A DNA stretch of 64,000 nt from Glycera tridactyla (lineage: Eukaryota): contig OZ286476.1 of NCBI GenBank assembly GCA_965644265.1, forward strand, positions 20,212,001 through 20,276,000, read 5' to 3'. The notes beneath the pieces were generated by a model. It saw only the letters and a list, made by a program, of their open reading frames with translations, did not search any database and had not been told where the DNA came from. A program made the position numbers and the translations under genes. Shown piece after piece: positions 1 through 14,846 of this stretch; within the stretch, counting starts at the first letter, position 1; each line of letters starts with the position of its first letter.

Positions 1-970
1 GCGGAAAGTTGTCATTCAATAAGATCAACCTATTTTATGGTTTCATCATCTGATATTATCAGTTGAAGATGATGTGTATACATCTGCAGATATTCTTCAG
101 TTGATGCTAAGAATGCCATCTAACACCCTGGCTGTTAACAAGATACAGATATCTTATCAGATTGAAAATTGTACCTGTTATCATGTTTCTGGCTTGTTGA
201 AACGTGTGACCTTTAATATCATATGATAGATATAGCTCCGATCTCTTTATATCTATTGTGATTATTCAGACAGAACAATGCCTTGATGGAGTGACCACTA
301 ATAGGGATTAAATTGTGATTTATGTACGTTCGATATATGCTGATGATGGTAAGACATTCATTTCAGTCTGAAAATAGAAGCTGTATTTCAAGTGTAATTC
401 ATAGTTGTACAGTTTTCCTGCTTCTGAAGTTTTTTAAAATTGAGAACATGTTACTCCAATTTCATATCAACAATATGCATTGATTGATGGCCTGTCTGGG
501 TTTTCATCCATGGTATATGATCCAACCATCAGTTATGAATATGAATATCTTACATTTATCAGCATAGCTATGATGACATGACTCCTATATTGGAAATATG
601 TCAACCCTGCCTGATTTTTCAATCGATATTTTTATGTTAAACTTTCTATTACATCAATTGATTGTTCCATCATTCATTTCTGTTCAATCCGCGTATTGGC
701 AATTCTGGCTTTCTTTGATATTATTCCTCATGTGAATATTTTACCCCTGGTTTTATTCGCTGATAAAATTTTATATTTTGGATGTGTCATTTGGATTTTT
801 GATTTTGTTCACTTTGGGATTATATTTTTTGAATCTTGTCAAAGAGCATCGATCAAACCAGAAGGAAATGCAGATAATTCTTTTTTGAAGATAAAATCCA
901 AAGAGGAAGATTCAATTTGGATATCTGCCTTGTAATGACAGTATTACAAGGCAGGCAAACTCTCATCAGG

Positions 971-996
971 GGTGTCTCATAGGAGGTTTCACTGTA
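971..996. mobile_element. Solo right end of the same MITE family
   Basis: gtctcataggaggtttcactgta resembles the right TIR plus TA of the 47112 element. Confidence 0.45.
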
Positions 997-2394
997 CAGA
1001 ATAACTTATTACTAATTACACACCAGTGAAGATGAAAGTCAGTAGATAGCTCAGTTATTCATTTCTTAAAGTGATGAGTTCATGGTAATAATTTCAGCTG
1101 TAATATATGAAGCACAATTCCGCTCATACAGTTCATGATGGAAAACTCCAATATGTTACTTTTATTTCTGACACTCATTGTCAGGGGAGGTAAGATCGAT
1201 GAGCTGTTCAGTCATCAGTACTACCTTATGTTGCCGTATACATGCCCATACCCAATTAGATGCACACTATGTAATTTACCTCGTCCACGGCACCACTGAT
1301 GACCAGTGGGACACATGTCAACCCCGAATAATCGTGTATTTCGTGATAAAAACTTTTGTCTGTCACTCTTTACCTGGTCAAAGTCGGTTCCAAATAGACG
1401 CACACAGCACTTGACAATGCCTTGGCGCACTACGCATATGCTCAGCAATATATGGTAGTAATCAGGCACTGATATTATGTATAACAGTGCCTTACTCTGG
1501 AGGTCCATGCACAGGATGGTATGGATAATTCAACATATTCACACAACTTACCTGGAGCTTCTAACACCAATGCTTACATGACCAGAAGAGCTTGCAAAGG
1601 ATCAAAGGGATGGAAGACTACTTATCACAAAGGATCATACAACAGTGGAGTTGACCATAATGCTTGGGACATAACAAAGATCATAGCCATCAAACCAATT
1701 AATCACTAATGGGACAACATACCATCATATCACACATTGTTACATGTCGGTTCATTGTTAAAAACCTTCAATATTCTCTTCTTGTTTTACTTTGTTCAAT
1801 GCTATCATGTTTCTACTGTTATATGTTATATTCTTTTGGGTTAATTCAATCCTGTCTAGAGGCATGTTATAAGAAATTCCAGTAGTTAAGTATAAGCTGC
1901 TTTGAAAAATTGTTTTGCCTCGTGGATGAAGAAATATTCACCAATCAATGTATGGATTGGTTTGTTTACCATGTTGCTGTCATGTGATTCATTCTTGGAT
2001 GTGAAGAAGTGTCTTGTACTATGGCATACGTATAATTTGATTCCTCCCTCCTTATTTGGAACTCTGTAGTCCTATCACATCTGCATGCAGTCCGTATTTA
2101 TCACGAATCATCATCTGATTTTCACCTGCAGTAAAATCTAGTGTGCAGCAATGCATTCAGATTGTAACTCTTGGTGTGCCATATTTATCTACCGATGGTA
2201 GATTTTAAACAATTGTAACCCATGAATTCCCATCATACATCAATGATAAACTCCATCATTTAACCTCAGCGTGCCCTTATGGCCCTTCAGACTCTCTGAA
2301 ATAATGTTTGAATCCTTATACCAAGACTACTTATTTCTTCCTCCCTGATGTTAATCTGTGTGTAGTGACACCCTCTTGTTGACCATCTTTGCAG

Positions 2395-2664
2395 AAACCC
2401 CAACAACCATCACTGTACCCCTCAAGGACAAAGTAGTAACTGAGGGTGATGCAGTGACTCTTGAGTGTGAAGTCTCCAAACCTAACAAGAAAGCTGTGTG
2501 GTACAAGAATGGTATTGAGATCCCTGAGACTGATCAGCATTTCAAGATTATTGTCCTGGAGAAGGTTCACAAGATTGTGATTGATAAATCAGTACTTGAT
2601 GACCAGGCAGAATATACCATCAAGGTTGGGGAAGAAACATCCACCTGTAATCTTACAGTCAATC
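2395..2664 (+). CDS. Ig exon 1 (ETPTTITVPLKD...TCNLTVN), 270 nt, phase 1-1
   Basis: tttgcag acceptor, C|gtaagt donor, I-set motifs. Confidence 0.93.
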
Positions 2665-3141
2665 GTAAGTAGCAATTTCCTGTGTGTTCATGATGGTACT
2701 TAAGTCCTTCTCCTGCTAATCTGCTGTTTGTATACTTTTGGTGATTATTGAGTACAATTGTAATGTGTTTTCTCCCTCTTTGATGAAAGATCAGAAGTAT
2801 ATTTGAGAAAATGGTAATAAGGGAGCTTAGCAGGTGTAGGGGCGTGTCGGTAATTAGCCCAAATAGGTAAATAGACCCTTGTTGCTGTGGTGTGACCCTG
2901 ATATATTTCATACCTCAATGATTTCTGTATACACTCTGTGAGAAAGTTTTATTTATTATCAACAGTATTTTGAATATTATTTTCTATAGAACAGTTCCTC
3001 TTCTACATCTAGTCTCTTATTTATTATGAATTATCATACTATGCTGAATTTATTTTCACTAGGTTCTGCTGGTGGCATTTTTTTTTACCCTGTCTCAAGC
3101 CATCAGGATTTTGACTCTCTTGTTTGTTTCCTTCCCCTTAG

Positions 3142-3411
3142 CAATTCCTAAGACCTTCATCACCCCACTGACAGACATCACAATCCCCGAGGGTCAGACT
3201 GCAACATTTGAAGTTGAGGTATCTGAGACTGTCAAGGAGGTCATGTGGTTCAGAGCTGGTAAGAAGATTCTCAAGTCTGATAAGCGTGCTGTGATGACAG
3301 TAGAGGGACGTATTCATCGCTTGATCATCAAAGATGCTGTAGTCTCTGATTCCACAGAGATCACAGCTAAAGCCAATAAGGACAGCACAGCTGGAAAATT
3401 GACAGTTACAG
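3142..3411 (+). CDS. Ig exon 2 (AIPKTFITPL...GKLTVT), 270 nt
   Basis: cccttag acceptor, G|gtaaga donor. Confidence 0.93.
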
Positions 3412-4034
3412 GTAAGAATGGGGTATTGCAGTTGTGATTCTGTCACCAATTCTAAGTCAGTGATTGCAGCTTATGTTGCTAAGAGACAGAAGGCCCAGTG
3501 ATAAATATTTCTGTTCATCACCTCTTTTTCATGTTAACTGGTCTTACATGATCTCTGGTCCTTCTATATAATGATTGTTTCGCCAGAGATGTCAAGACAT
3601 TCAAGATCTTGACATGCTTGTCTATGTGTGTTCTTTCGAGTGTTTCTTGATATCCTCCCTCTTCTAGCTAAGTCATTATATTTTCACTGAGATTGGGTAA
3701 TCAATTGGCTGTGCATGTATTGATGTTCTTTGGCAAAGGGGACTAGATATATCATGTCTTATCGTGTATGTATTTTCCCTTTCATAGCCAAACCAGCATT
3801 TATCAATTTTATGAACTATATTGCAATCATGCATCATCTCCAATATGGTATTGACCATAATTGTCTATGTTACTATGTTCCTGTACCTGTGATACATATA
3901 AAGGGTATGCTTTCCAATCAGTGGTGTAAGAGAAATATATATAGATGGTTGACAAAATTGAGTGTGGTAGAACAAGCTGATTTCATTATTCCTGTTCGGC
4001 CCTTCATTTTTTTTCTTCATCCTATTTATTTCAG

Positions 4035-4313
4035 AGATCCCATTGACCTTCCTCACTCCACTTAAGGATGTCACCATCCCTGAGGGTGAAACTGCCGTCT
4101 TTGAGTGTGAAGTCTCCAATCCCAAACAACCTGTCACCTGGTCGCGCAATGGCAAAAAGATTCTCAAATCAGACAAGCGCGCAGTGTTCACAGTAGATGG
4201 TGCAATCCATAGATTAACAATCAAGGATGCAAAGGTTGAGGATATGGCCGAGTTTACAGCTACTTTTGGCAAGGAAACCACTACTGCCAAATTAGTTGTA
4301 GAAAAGCCCAAAG
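4035..4313 (+). CDS. Ig exon A1 (EIPLTF...VEKPK), 279 nt
   Basis: tttcag acceptor, G|gtttgt donor. Confidence 0.92.
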
Positions 4314-4894
4314 GTTTGTGTCTCCTGTATTCTTTTTGTTCTCTGCAAATGCAAATTTGCTGTTGGCACTCTTGCCTCTCTAAGTGCCATCAAAATGCTT
4401 GATCTTTTTTCTCAGAACATCTCTACTTTCATTGAAACATCTCTCCCTTTGCACACCCACTCTCCTCCCACAGACAGTCTACTTTATTTGTTTAGGGATC
4501 ACCTATTCTCAGTTGATTATCATTCCCATCGAGAGTGGTGGGTTTGAACAACAGATGTCACTTTTTTGGCTACTTGGAAGTCCTCAAATTCTGGTTTGAT
4601 CATATCTCTAATGAAGTATAATATTAAATCATCCACTTCTATCTGAATTTCGAATTTGAGAACCATCTGAAAAGTGGGCCCATGACCTTCTGGATACAAA
4701 TCATTCATGGCAATCGCTTTTCAGTTTGTTGGATTTCATGTAAAAATGATACTATAGGTAACAAATCTTGTCAAAGCACCTCTCAGTAAATGGATAGGAA
4801 AATCAGGAAAGGAATCATATATTAGAGAATGAATTATATGATCATAATATGTGTGTGCATTGACCAGTTTTCTTGTCATCTCTAAAACTTTCAG

Positions 4895-5164
4895 AGGAAC
4901 CAGCCAAGTTCATTTCTCCTCTCAAAGACGTAACCACACCTGAAGGTCCCACAATCACATTTGAATGTGAAGTGTCGAAGACAGGACTGACTGTGGAGTG
5001 GTTGCGTAATGGAAAGAAGATCTTGAAATCAGACAAACGTGCCACCATCACCGTCGATGGTACCAAGCACATTTTGACCATCAAAGACTGTGTGGTTGCT
5101 GACACAGCAGAGTTCACTGCCAAACTTCCAGAGGATCAGACTGTTGGCAAACTCACTGTCACAG
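4895..5164 (+). CDS. Ig exon B1 (EEPAKF...GKLTVT), 270 nt
   Basis: tttcag acceptor, G|gtcagt donor. Confidence 0.92.
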
Positions 5165-5530
5165 GTCAGTTGACAGCATTGAAGAATTCGGAATTAAGTT
5201 GTATGTCTAGCATGCCTAACATTTGTATTCATGACTGATGTTGTATCGTCAGATTCAATCGCATTACTTATTTTATTTAGTTTCTTGTTTTGCATTATGG
5301 CTTGATACAATTTGATGGTGATTTGTCGAATGCAATCTATTTTGTGCACAAGCACAAGTTGAAATTGGGCATTCTACATGTTGTCAGGATGTCGTATCGA
5401 TGATATCATACATAAATGTGATAGGAGTCATGAACAATAACTTTCCCATTTTGATTGGATGGGTATCTCTGTGAATCACTTGAGGTATGAATTGGGCAAT
5501 ATATATCTCACAAATAGTGACTAAAATTGT

Positions 5531-6111
5531 TTTGTCACCATATGGGAAGTTCAGCATGGTGCTACATGTCGATTTCTCAGTATATCAGTGAAAAGATGAT
5601 CTTGGCATGATTCACTGTTGTAACATTCTATTTGCAAATGCAAAGTTTATTTGGCAAGTGCCGGAAATCTGTTAGTAATTGTCACATCAGGCTTGAATTG
5701 AAAATGTATCGATCTTCTAAAATGTCATGAGAATTGAATCTGGGCATCTGGTCTGGAAGAATTCTTCGTTGCATATGGTGTCAGTTGCTTGGGAGAGTGC
5801 TTTCAAGGGTTACCAACAGATAAAGAATTAATTTGTCACCATATGGGAAGTTGAGCATGTTGCTCCTTGTCAATTCCTCAGTATATCAGTGAAAAAATGA
5901 TCTTGACATGATTCACTGTTGTCACATTTAATTTGCAAATGCAAAGTTTATTTGGCAAGTGCCAGAACTCTGTTAGTTATTGTCACATCAGGCTTGAATT
6001 GAAAATGCATCGATCTTCTAAAATGTCATGGGCATCTGGTCTGGCAAAATTCTTTGTTGCATATGGTGTCAGTTGCCCCGGAGAGTGCTTTCAAAGGTTA
6101 CCAACAGATAA
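5531..6111 (+). repeat. Intronic tandem duplication, two ~290-bp copies
   Basis: tttgtcaccatatgggaagtt...ttaccaacagataa at 5531-5823 and 5832-6111. Confidence 0.9.
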
Positions 6112-6984
6112 CAAAAAATGTGTAGAAACATCAGTTACCATCAAACCACTTTGAGCTGATGGCAGGTGGTCAAGACATTTTGAGTTGATGACTTCTTTAG
6201 ACTCAGGCTCACTTCCAAACTGTTTTCACCAGTGCTTTTTCTGTGTCCTCTACTGTGATCGTTTCATCCATGTTCATCTGATCTTCTGCACTTACTTTAT
6301 GGTGATGCCTTTACACTATTAGTTATCTTAGATATGTTTTTGCTGGACTGATCTGCTTCTATGTCAGTTTGGAAAATCTAAGTACTGCTTCTTTAGATTC
6401 TTTTACTTTTGTTCATTCGTTTTTACACTCAGCAGCTTTATTTTCTTTGGCGCATGTTTTGTGTGTAAAGACACATGAATGTATTTATTTGAAGATGCTT
6501 CTCTTAGTCATATTATTTGCTGGACTGTTCTGCTTCTTCAGTAATTTGCAGGATTGGGAATTATGTGTTCAGTTGATTGTTTCCTTTTGCTCACTCCTTC
6601 TTACAATCAGTGACATGCATAATTATAACATTTAGCCTTCTGAATTATCATATATGCTTATTACTTTGTGATCTGTTGGTAAACATCTTGATAGCTTGTA
6701 TAAATTGTGTATTGAATTCTATTCTCATCTCATGCTTCTAGTGGATTTCTTCCATTTGCAGATTGCCAATATTTTCAAAAATACAAGTGTTGATCCATAG
6801 GCTGCAATGCTTACTCATAATTTGTGGTCACTTAACTGTCAAAAAGTGCATGGTTACCATAGATTATATTTCCAGCTTGGATCATATTTTTATGTTTCTG
6901 TTGTTGGTATGGAAAATAGGGAGTATATATGATTGTGAGTGTGAATACAATCCAAATGCCAATCAATGTATCATACTTTTGCAG

Positions 6985-7263
6985 AGATTCCATTGACCTT
7001 CCTCACTCCACTCAAGGATGTCACCATCCCTGAGGGTGAAACTGCCGTCTTTGAGTGTGAAGTCTCCAATCCCAAACAACCTGTCACCTGGTCGCGCAAT
7101 GGCAAAAAGATTCTAAAATCAGACAAGCGCGCAGTGTTCACAGTAGACGGTGCAATCCATAGATTGACAATCAAGGATGCAAAGGTTGAGGATATGGCCG
7201 AGTTCACAGCTACTTTTGGCAAGGAGACTACTTCTGCCAAATTAGTTGTAGAAAAGCCCAAAG
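6985..7263 (+). CDS. Ig exon A2, 279 nt
   Basis: ttgcag acceptor, G|gtttgt donor; near copy of A1. Confidence 0.92.
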
Positions 7264-7667
7264 GTTTGTTTGACTTGAATTCTCCATGTTCTGTGCACAT
7301 GCTTTGAAACTCTTGGTTATCTGGTTGATATTTTGTACCATCAAAGTTCTGATGTTTCTATTGAATATGCATAGCGTTTCATCCTCTGCTCAGAATCACA
7401 ACAATTGGATTTGCGCATAAGTCATCATTCATTAATTGTAAATCATGTTGAAATGATTTGTCATAATTTCTCGGTAATGTTTGATGATTGGAATTTAGTT
7501 GTATGCTTTCTCGGCTATTCAGTTCTGAATTATACATTGATTGATCATCACCTAAAGGACAATGGCTTTCCCATTCCTACTATCTGTCTAGAGAATATCT
7601 GTCCATATTGCCTGAGATGAATGTTTGCATATATCAGTACAATTCTACCCAATTTCCTCGTTTCCAG

Positions 7668-7937
7668 AAGAACCAGCCAAGTTCATTTCACCTCTCAAGG
7701 ATGTAACCACACCTGAAGGTCCCACAATCACATTTGAATGTGAAGTGTCAAAAACAGGACTGACCGTGGAGTGGTTGCGTAATGGAAAGAAGATCCTGAA
7801 ATCAGACAAACGTGCCACCATCACCGTTGATGGTACCAAGCACATTTTGACCATCAAAGACTGTGTAGTTGCTGACACAGCAGAGTTCACTGCCAAATTG
7901 CCAGAGGATAAAACTGTTGGCAAACTCACTGTCACAG
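7668..7937 (+). CDS. Ig exon B2, 270 nt
   Basis: ttccag acceptor, G|gtcagt donor. Confidence 0.92.
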
Positions 7938-9298
7938 GTCAGTTGACAGCATGGAAGAATGGAATGCGATAGTATGTCATGTATATGCTGAATATATTTG
8001 AGATGTTCCTGCTGATGCTTGTCAGTGATTTATTTTAGTCATTGACATTGTTTGCTCATCAGTTCTGTTCTGCATCCATTAAGATTACATGACGCATGCT
8101 GGAATGATTCAATTAGATATCACATGCTAATTGAAATCATCTATTCTATATCAGTGAAATTAGCTCTTCCCATGAAACACTGAAACACCTTACTTTGATA
8201 ATTGAGTGATTTGGTGAAAATATATATATGTTTCATAATACACAGATGATTTGAATCAAGTAAATAGCAACCAAATGGTATTGCTTTTCAGGATCATTTA
8301 TTCTTTTTCATGGTTGAACATAGAATTTCCATTCTTGAACATGCTTTCAGAAATCTGTCCAAAATATTTTTGACTCAAACTATAATTTGCCTTTGAACAC
8401 AGCTGTGATCATCCTGAATCTTTGGACTTTCCAATTATCTCATCTTCGATATAGCCACATTGTAGAATTACTGTGGATTTCATGAATCCATGGAATGCTG
8501 ATCATCTTAACATTGTTATACTCATGTTTCATTTTTACATCAGAATCGTATTGGTGTATCTGTATTGGTGCCTCTTATTGGTCTTACCTGACCGTTGTTA
8601 CTGCACCAATGGATTATGATGTTTCTTCTAGTTCTGTCACTTGAATGGCTTGATGGGTACTGCTCATGTTTTGTGAATATTGTTCAGCGCTTACTTATTT
8701 CAGTTTAGATAAGTTGTATTAACTTTCAGCTGATTTTCTGTTGTGATTTCTATAATGTTGTTTCACTAAAACATGTTGACTATAACATTCAGAGATTTCA
8801 GCATGATACTTTTCTTTCCGGTCACTTGCGACTGCCTTGTATGAGATAGCTGCATAATTTCAATGTTTGTCCATTTCATCCTACAGAAAAATGTTGTGCT
8901 TTGTTTTGAAACTGGTATATGCGCATCTTCCACCAGTTTCTTTTTGGATGTTCTTTGATGTATGTTGAAGCATTGTGTAGAATGTACTCATATATCATTT
9001 CCCATATCTTTTCATCAAGTAGCACATTTCATCATTTGTCAATAGACTCACTAATTTGCTATCTATCACTCAATGGTGAATTACACATGTAGTTGTTGTG
9101 TCCAGCCATATTACTTTCTGTTTTCTATTATTTCATCAGATAATTCAGTTCAGATTTATCACCAAATCGGGCCAAACCATTAATTGGAAGATACTTTTTT
9201 ACTTCCGCCTCAATACTGGTATAATTGAGTTTATGAATATCACTTTCACTGTGTGAGTGTGTGATTCTAAATGTTTGTATTGTCTGTCCCCCTTCCAG

Positions 9299-9577
9299 AA
9301 ATTCCATTGACCTTCCTCACTCCGCTCAAGGACATTACCATCCCTGAAGGTGAAACTGCTGTCTTTGAGTGTGAAGTCTCCAACCCCAAAGAACCTGTCA
9401 CCTGGTCGCGCAATGGCAAAAAGATTTTCAAATCAGACAAGCGAGCTGTTTTCACTGTAGAAGGTGCAATCCATAGATTGACAATCAAGGATGCAAAGGT
9501 TGAGGATATGGCTGAGTTCACTGCTGTATTTGGCAAGGAAAAGACCACTGCCAAACTGGTGGTTGAGAAGCCGAAAG
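9299..9577 (+). CDS. Ig exon A3, 279 nt
   Basis: ttccag acceptor, G|gtttgt donor. Confidence 0.92.
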
Positions 9578-10018
9578 GTTTGTTGTTGCTTGTTCTTGGT
9601 GGATTTATTTCGAGAATGCTGGATATGAACAGTTCCAAGAGTAATATCCAGAATCAGATACGGTTATTATTTCTACTGATCAATAAGTTCCCAATATATA
9701 CAGTACTTCAGCAGAAGCTACTCTTCAGATGATGACTTAATATCCAAGGATGTATAGAATGTATGAGTTTGCTGGTCAACAACATTTAGGATGATTTCAT
9801 ATTGTATTTCTCATACCTCTATAACAGATAAATCACTGTAGTATGCTATATAATGGACCTATTCATTGGGCTGGTCGATATATACCACATCAGAATTAGT
9901 ACCAGTCAAATAGTATATTTTTTAGGTGGGAACATATAATTGATCTTTTTAATTGAGTTAGGTATCTAAGCACCACTCACTGCATATACATACAACATTA
10001 TTATGTTCATACTTGTAG

Positions 10019-10288
10019 AGGAGCCTGTGAAGTTCATCACCCCTCTCAAGGACATTTCTACCCCAGAAGGTCCAACTATTACATTTGAGTGTGAGGTCTC
10101 AAAACCAGGTGTGCCTGTGACATGGTTCCGCAACGGAAAGAAGATTATGAAATCTGATAAGCGAGCAACCATCATAGTTGATGGAACCAAACATTTCCTA
10201 ACCATCAAAGACTGTGTGGTTGCTGACACTGCTGAATTCAGTGCCAAACTTCCAGAAGATCAGACTGTTGGCAAACTTACTGTCACAG
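10019..10288 (+). CDS. Ig exon B3, 270 nt
   Basis: ttgtag acceptor, G|gtcagt donor. Confidence 0.92.
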
Positions 10289-11610
10289 GTCAGTTGACAG
10301 CATGCATCTGCAAAACTATTTATTCTATGCTAATTCTTGCTGCTATCTCAGTCTTTCTTCTCTTCATCGAATTCTGAACTTACTTCTCAGGTTTGATGCT
10401 ATGCATTGTTCTGAAGGTCACTACAGGCCATTAATATTTTTCTCTAACCAAATATGAATATACCTCATCCATATCGGCAATAATTTGAATAATGTGTTAA
10501 TCTTTCCATCATATTGATGATGTTTTACTAGATAATCTATGAACCAACTTCATGTCATGAATGAGCTTCTGCCATGGCTAAACAAATGGCTTTATTATGG
10601 AGTCATGGCAGTATCAATTCATTGTGGTCATCTAGTGTTGGAACAAGTTTAACCAACTTGATATTTCATGTTGTCACTTGATTTATATATCATACTCCAT
10701 GCTGCACATGAAATAATAAGGCTGGCCTGCGAACCATATGTGAGATATAGTTTACCTACCCCAATTTTTGGCCCCATGCACAGATGTATAATCATTGCTG
10801 AACTATCATTATGAAATTCACCATGGCAGTTATTGAAGAAGTCCCTATTTCACAAATTCTTTGGATTTCTACTATCCATGATTCCATTATTCAATACATG
10901 GTGTGGGAAAGATTCTCATGAATTAAACATAAAAGTACAAATCACATATATTCAAATTGAGGGAATAATACTTCTCGTAGGTATAACATTTCTGTTCGCT
11001 TCTACCTGCTTCTCTGAGGTATTGCCAGCTCTGTCTTCTCTTCTCTTCTCTTCTCTTCTCTTGCTGTTGCTCTCATATTCTGTTTACAATTGCTTGGTAG
11101 ATGATTCTTCTCTCTGTTTTTGCTGCAGCTCACATGATTGTATGCAGTCTCTCTGCAGGCATTGCTAATCCTATTATTATTATTGGTGTGGGAGGTTCCA
11201 TGCATATGAAGGATTCTGTAGTGTATGGAAGATATTGCAGTTGGCCTTCTGTATTCAGAATTATCTTAGCTAGCATTCATCAAGTCCTCACAAGATATTG
11301 GATGTATTCGATAGGTCATAAGTAGTATTTCTACTCACATTTTATACATGAATTCATTGGTTGTCGGTGCATATGATGGACCGGTAACAGGTGTTGATTT
11401 CAGTGTGGTAACTTGAAGTTTCCAAACTATTGCACTGTTTTGAAAAGCTATGTATAGCATTTATTGCTTCTTGTCACTATAGTGAATTATCATACAATGT
11501 ACTGGGGCTATTATGAGGTTCCCACATTGTGAAATGATCCCTTAAAGTTGATATAGTACATGATATATCAAAGTTGTCTAATTGTTTGGATTAATTCCTG
11601 ACCTTTGCAG

Positions 11611-11889
11611 AGATCCCATTGACCTTCCTTACACCACTCAAGGACATTACCATCCCTGAAGGTGAAACTGCCATCTTTGAGTGTGAGGTTTCCAATCCCA
11701 AACAGCCTGTTACCTGGTCCCGCAATGGTAAAAAGATTCTCAAGTCTGACCGCCGTGCAGTGTTTTCTGTGGAGGGAGCTATTCACAGATTGACAATCAA
11801 GGATGCCAAAGTTGAAGATATAGCCGAATTCACTGCCACATTTGGCAAGGAAAAAACCACAGCTAAACTTGTTGTGGAGAAGCCAAAAG
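11611..11889 (+). CDS. Ig exon A4, 279 nt
   Basis: ttgcag acceptor, G|gtttgt donor. Confidence 0.92.
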
Positions 11890-12310
11890 GTTTGTCATAG
11901 TTGGCTCGTGCATGAAAAGTTTGCATCAAATATGCCAGGAATTTGTTTAACAATTTTCTCTTCTTTTAACACCATGACAATTTCAATCAGGAACTACAGG
12001 CAGTTGGAATTTGTCATCCACAAACCAATGTAGGAGGTATCTATGAGATCTCAAGAATATCAATAGCACCACCATACAACTGTCAACCAGGTAAGCCTGG
12101 ATATCCTGTCATCTATACCATCAGCTATATATTTGTGTAATATGATTGGATCTGCCATTGATGAAATATTTTTCTATTGGTATAAATAGATGGAATAGGA
12201 TGACTATCACCTGAATTTTAATGATACTATGATATCAGATGTGAAACTCCTTGCTTGTGTGAGTATGCGTCAGGCATTGCTTTATCTGACTGGGGGCTTC
12301 ATATTTTCAG

Positions 12311-12580
12311 AGGAGCCTGTGAAATTCATCACTCCATTGAAGGATATCACCACCCCGGAAGGTCCCACAGTGACACTTGAATGTGAAGTATCAAAGCCTG
12401 GTGTCACGGTCACGTGGTTCAGGAATGGAAAGAAGGTGCTAAAGTCAGACAGGCGTGCCACCATCTCAGTTGATGGCACCAAGCATTTCTTGACAATAAA
12501 GGACTGTGTGGTTGCTGATACAGCAGAATTCACTGTCAAAATACCAGAAGACCAGACTATTGGCAAATTAAGTGTCACAG
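12311..12580 (+). CDS. Ig exon B4, 270 nt
   Basis: tttcag acceptor, G|gtcagt donor. Confidence 0.92.
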
Positions 12581-14846
12581 GTCAGTCGACAGCATGTTTG
12601 AGCAGAAAAATTCTGTGTGCATTGGCCGATAATTCTTTATCGACCAATCTTTCATAATGTGGATATCGCTTCTATTCTTTCATCCATCAACATGAATGTG
12701 ATGGCTCTGTCAAATCAGCAATGTGCTCATTTCCAGAAATGGAGGCTGATGTCTGCCAAATTCCTATTGATTTCAAGACCTGAAACACCAACTGTTTCAA
12801 GGAGTGATATGGCAAACATTTTTTCTGGGAATGAACACATTTTAGTATCTGGAGCTTTGTGATGCATCAAAACTTCTTACTGCATTTTGAATCATTCTGA
12901 TATAATTGATAATTTCTTAACTGGTTACAACATAGCTGAAAACTTTGCATTCACTTGCATGACTAGACTCTTTTCCTGCAGACTCAAGCTAATTGTTAAG
13001 ATGAATATCTTGACACCCTCCTTTGGTGTAGATACCTAAGGTTTGGTATATTGAAAAGGGTGCATGAGGAATGAGGCCCATTATCAAATAATCCCATTAA
13101 TTGCTTGTTATTCACATTCATTTCACATACATACCTCGTCTACTAGATTGTCTTCTATATCAATGGGGATTTTCTCCTATCCTTTTATTACATACATCAC
13201 CATATGCTGCATTAAAAGAATTGATGATACCTACAGAAATGCGTGATTGATGAAATCACATGATTGATTCACAAGTAGGTTCGGCTAAATTTATTGCATT
13301 TTTGAACCTAACCACACCTCATCCATGATGCTCTAAGGCATTTGGAAGCTTGATTGTTGCATCTCTTCAATTTTAGGTGGAATTCAAATTTTCATCCGGC
13401 ATTTATGTAACTGTAGATGCTCTTTGAATTCTACCTACCATGGTGGCAGAACACCATGAGAGAGCATATTTGAATGCTTAGCACTGTCATGGGATCTTTT
13501 TGATGGGATCATCCAGTGCCGATCACAAAGCCCCTGCTTCCTATGTCTTAGCAAATATTAGGAAATGTTGAGATTTCCTTGCTTACTCGATGTATGCCGG
13601 GAACAATTTCACATTATTGGCGTTGGAAATAGAACAGTTACACTACCCAATGTCTTATATGCGCTATGTGCATTCGTTTGATAAGCATTTTGTTCATACT
13701 TTTTTCAGCTGTTTTGAAGAATGTACATTCCTTGTACATTGGCTATGTATTTGGTGCTCACCTTCTTGTCTTTTGTGGGCTAAAGTTGGCTTGATATCTC
13801 TCTGCAACATGGTGCTCTCTGGAATGGCCAGTGGATATTGTACTTTGTGCTCTGCTTTGAATTTCATGGTTTCAACTCAGTTTGTGATTTTTGTATTGAA
13901 TGTTTGTCTCAACGCAGGTGCAATTTTCAAGCCTTGTCCCACCATTGATCAGAATGAGATCAGCATTTTGAAATTGAAATATATCTCAGTGGGTTGAGAT
14001 GAGGGTTGAAATTGTACACTAGAATTTGGGAATGATGCCACATCTTTGCCTGATGGGAATGATGCCACATTTTTGCCTATCTATATGTGATCATCTCATG
14101 CTTTTGATCATTTCGATGTCTCATTTGCAAGAAACAGAGTCCGTGCTATTCAAAATAGCAATTTATACGTCGCATTCCTGAGTATCATAACAGTACTCTT
14201 TCACCAAAAAATATACAGATGAGCTGTGGCTTTGGTGGATTGCATCAAGGTACCCACAATTCTTTCAGCATTGAGGCATGATTGAGGAATGATTGTGATT
14301 TGGGGATTACCAAAAATATATCATTAGGCTATAATATTATACAAGGATTTACTGTACTGTGTTCTTTTCTAATTGTCTCTGAAAGAGTGGTTTATCATTG
14401 TAGTATTGAGTCCTATTATGGTTCTGATTCATAGCAGAATCATATGCATTTGACATCACCTCATTATCTTGAGATACGAAACTGTTATTCCACCCTGTCA
14501 ATGTGGCTAGTGAGGCTGTATCAATCAGTCTTGAGTCAGTATTGTGGATTCATATTCACACAAAAATTCAATTTAATGGTATAGTTCTTTCTCAAGGTTC
14601 ATGAGAATGTTGATGGTGAATCAGGTATAATGCCAATTAGGCCGTTGAATTTGTCTTCAAAACCCTTACTTCTGATGATCATTGTTCAGTTTCCTGTGTA
14701 TTCTTCATCGACCAGTTCAGTATGTCTCTTTCAGAAACCACCTGTCGCCAAGGCAGCTTTTTCTCATAGTTATGCTGTTCTGACATCCACTCAGTCTATG
14801 TTTCTTTATATCCACTCTATCATGTCTATGTGTGTGACCTTTGCAG

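Noticed and set aside
1200-1710. Possible LINE endonuclease relic (AVYMP, VGHM, IDAH, SHNLP-like words across frames)
   Set aside because: Motifs are degenerate, in different frames and interrupted by stops; needs a TBLASTN/Dfam search
12738-12835. IPIDFKT-like words suggesting another decayed Ig start
   Set aside because: Similarity too short, broken by stops, and no Trp or D-x-A-E-F motif follows
14735-14846. Good-looking upstream acceptor (tctctttcag) in an ORF continuous with A5
   Set aside because: In phase 1 it hits TAG within 12 codons; the open frame needs phase 0, incompatible with the upstream donor
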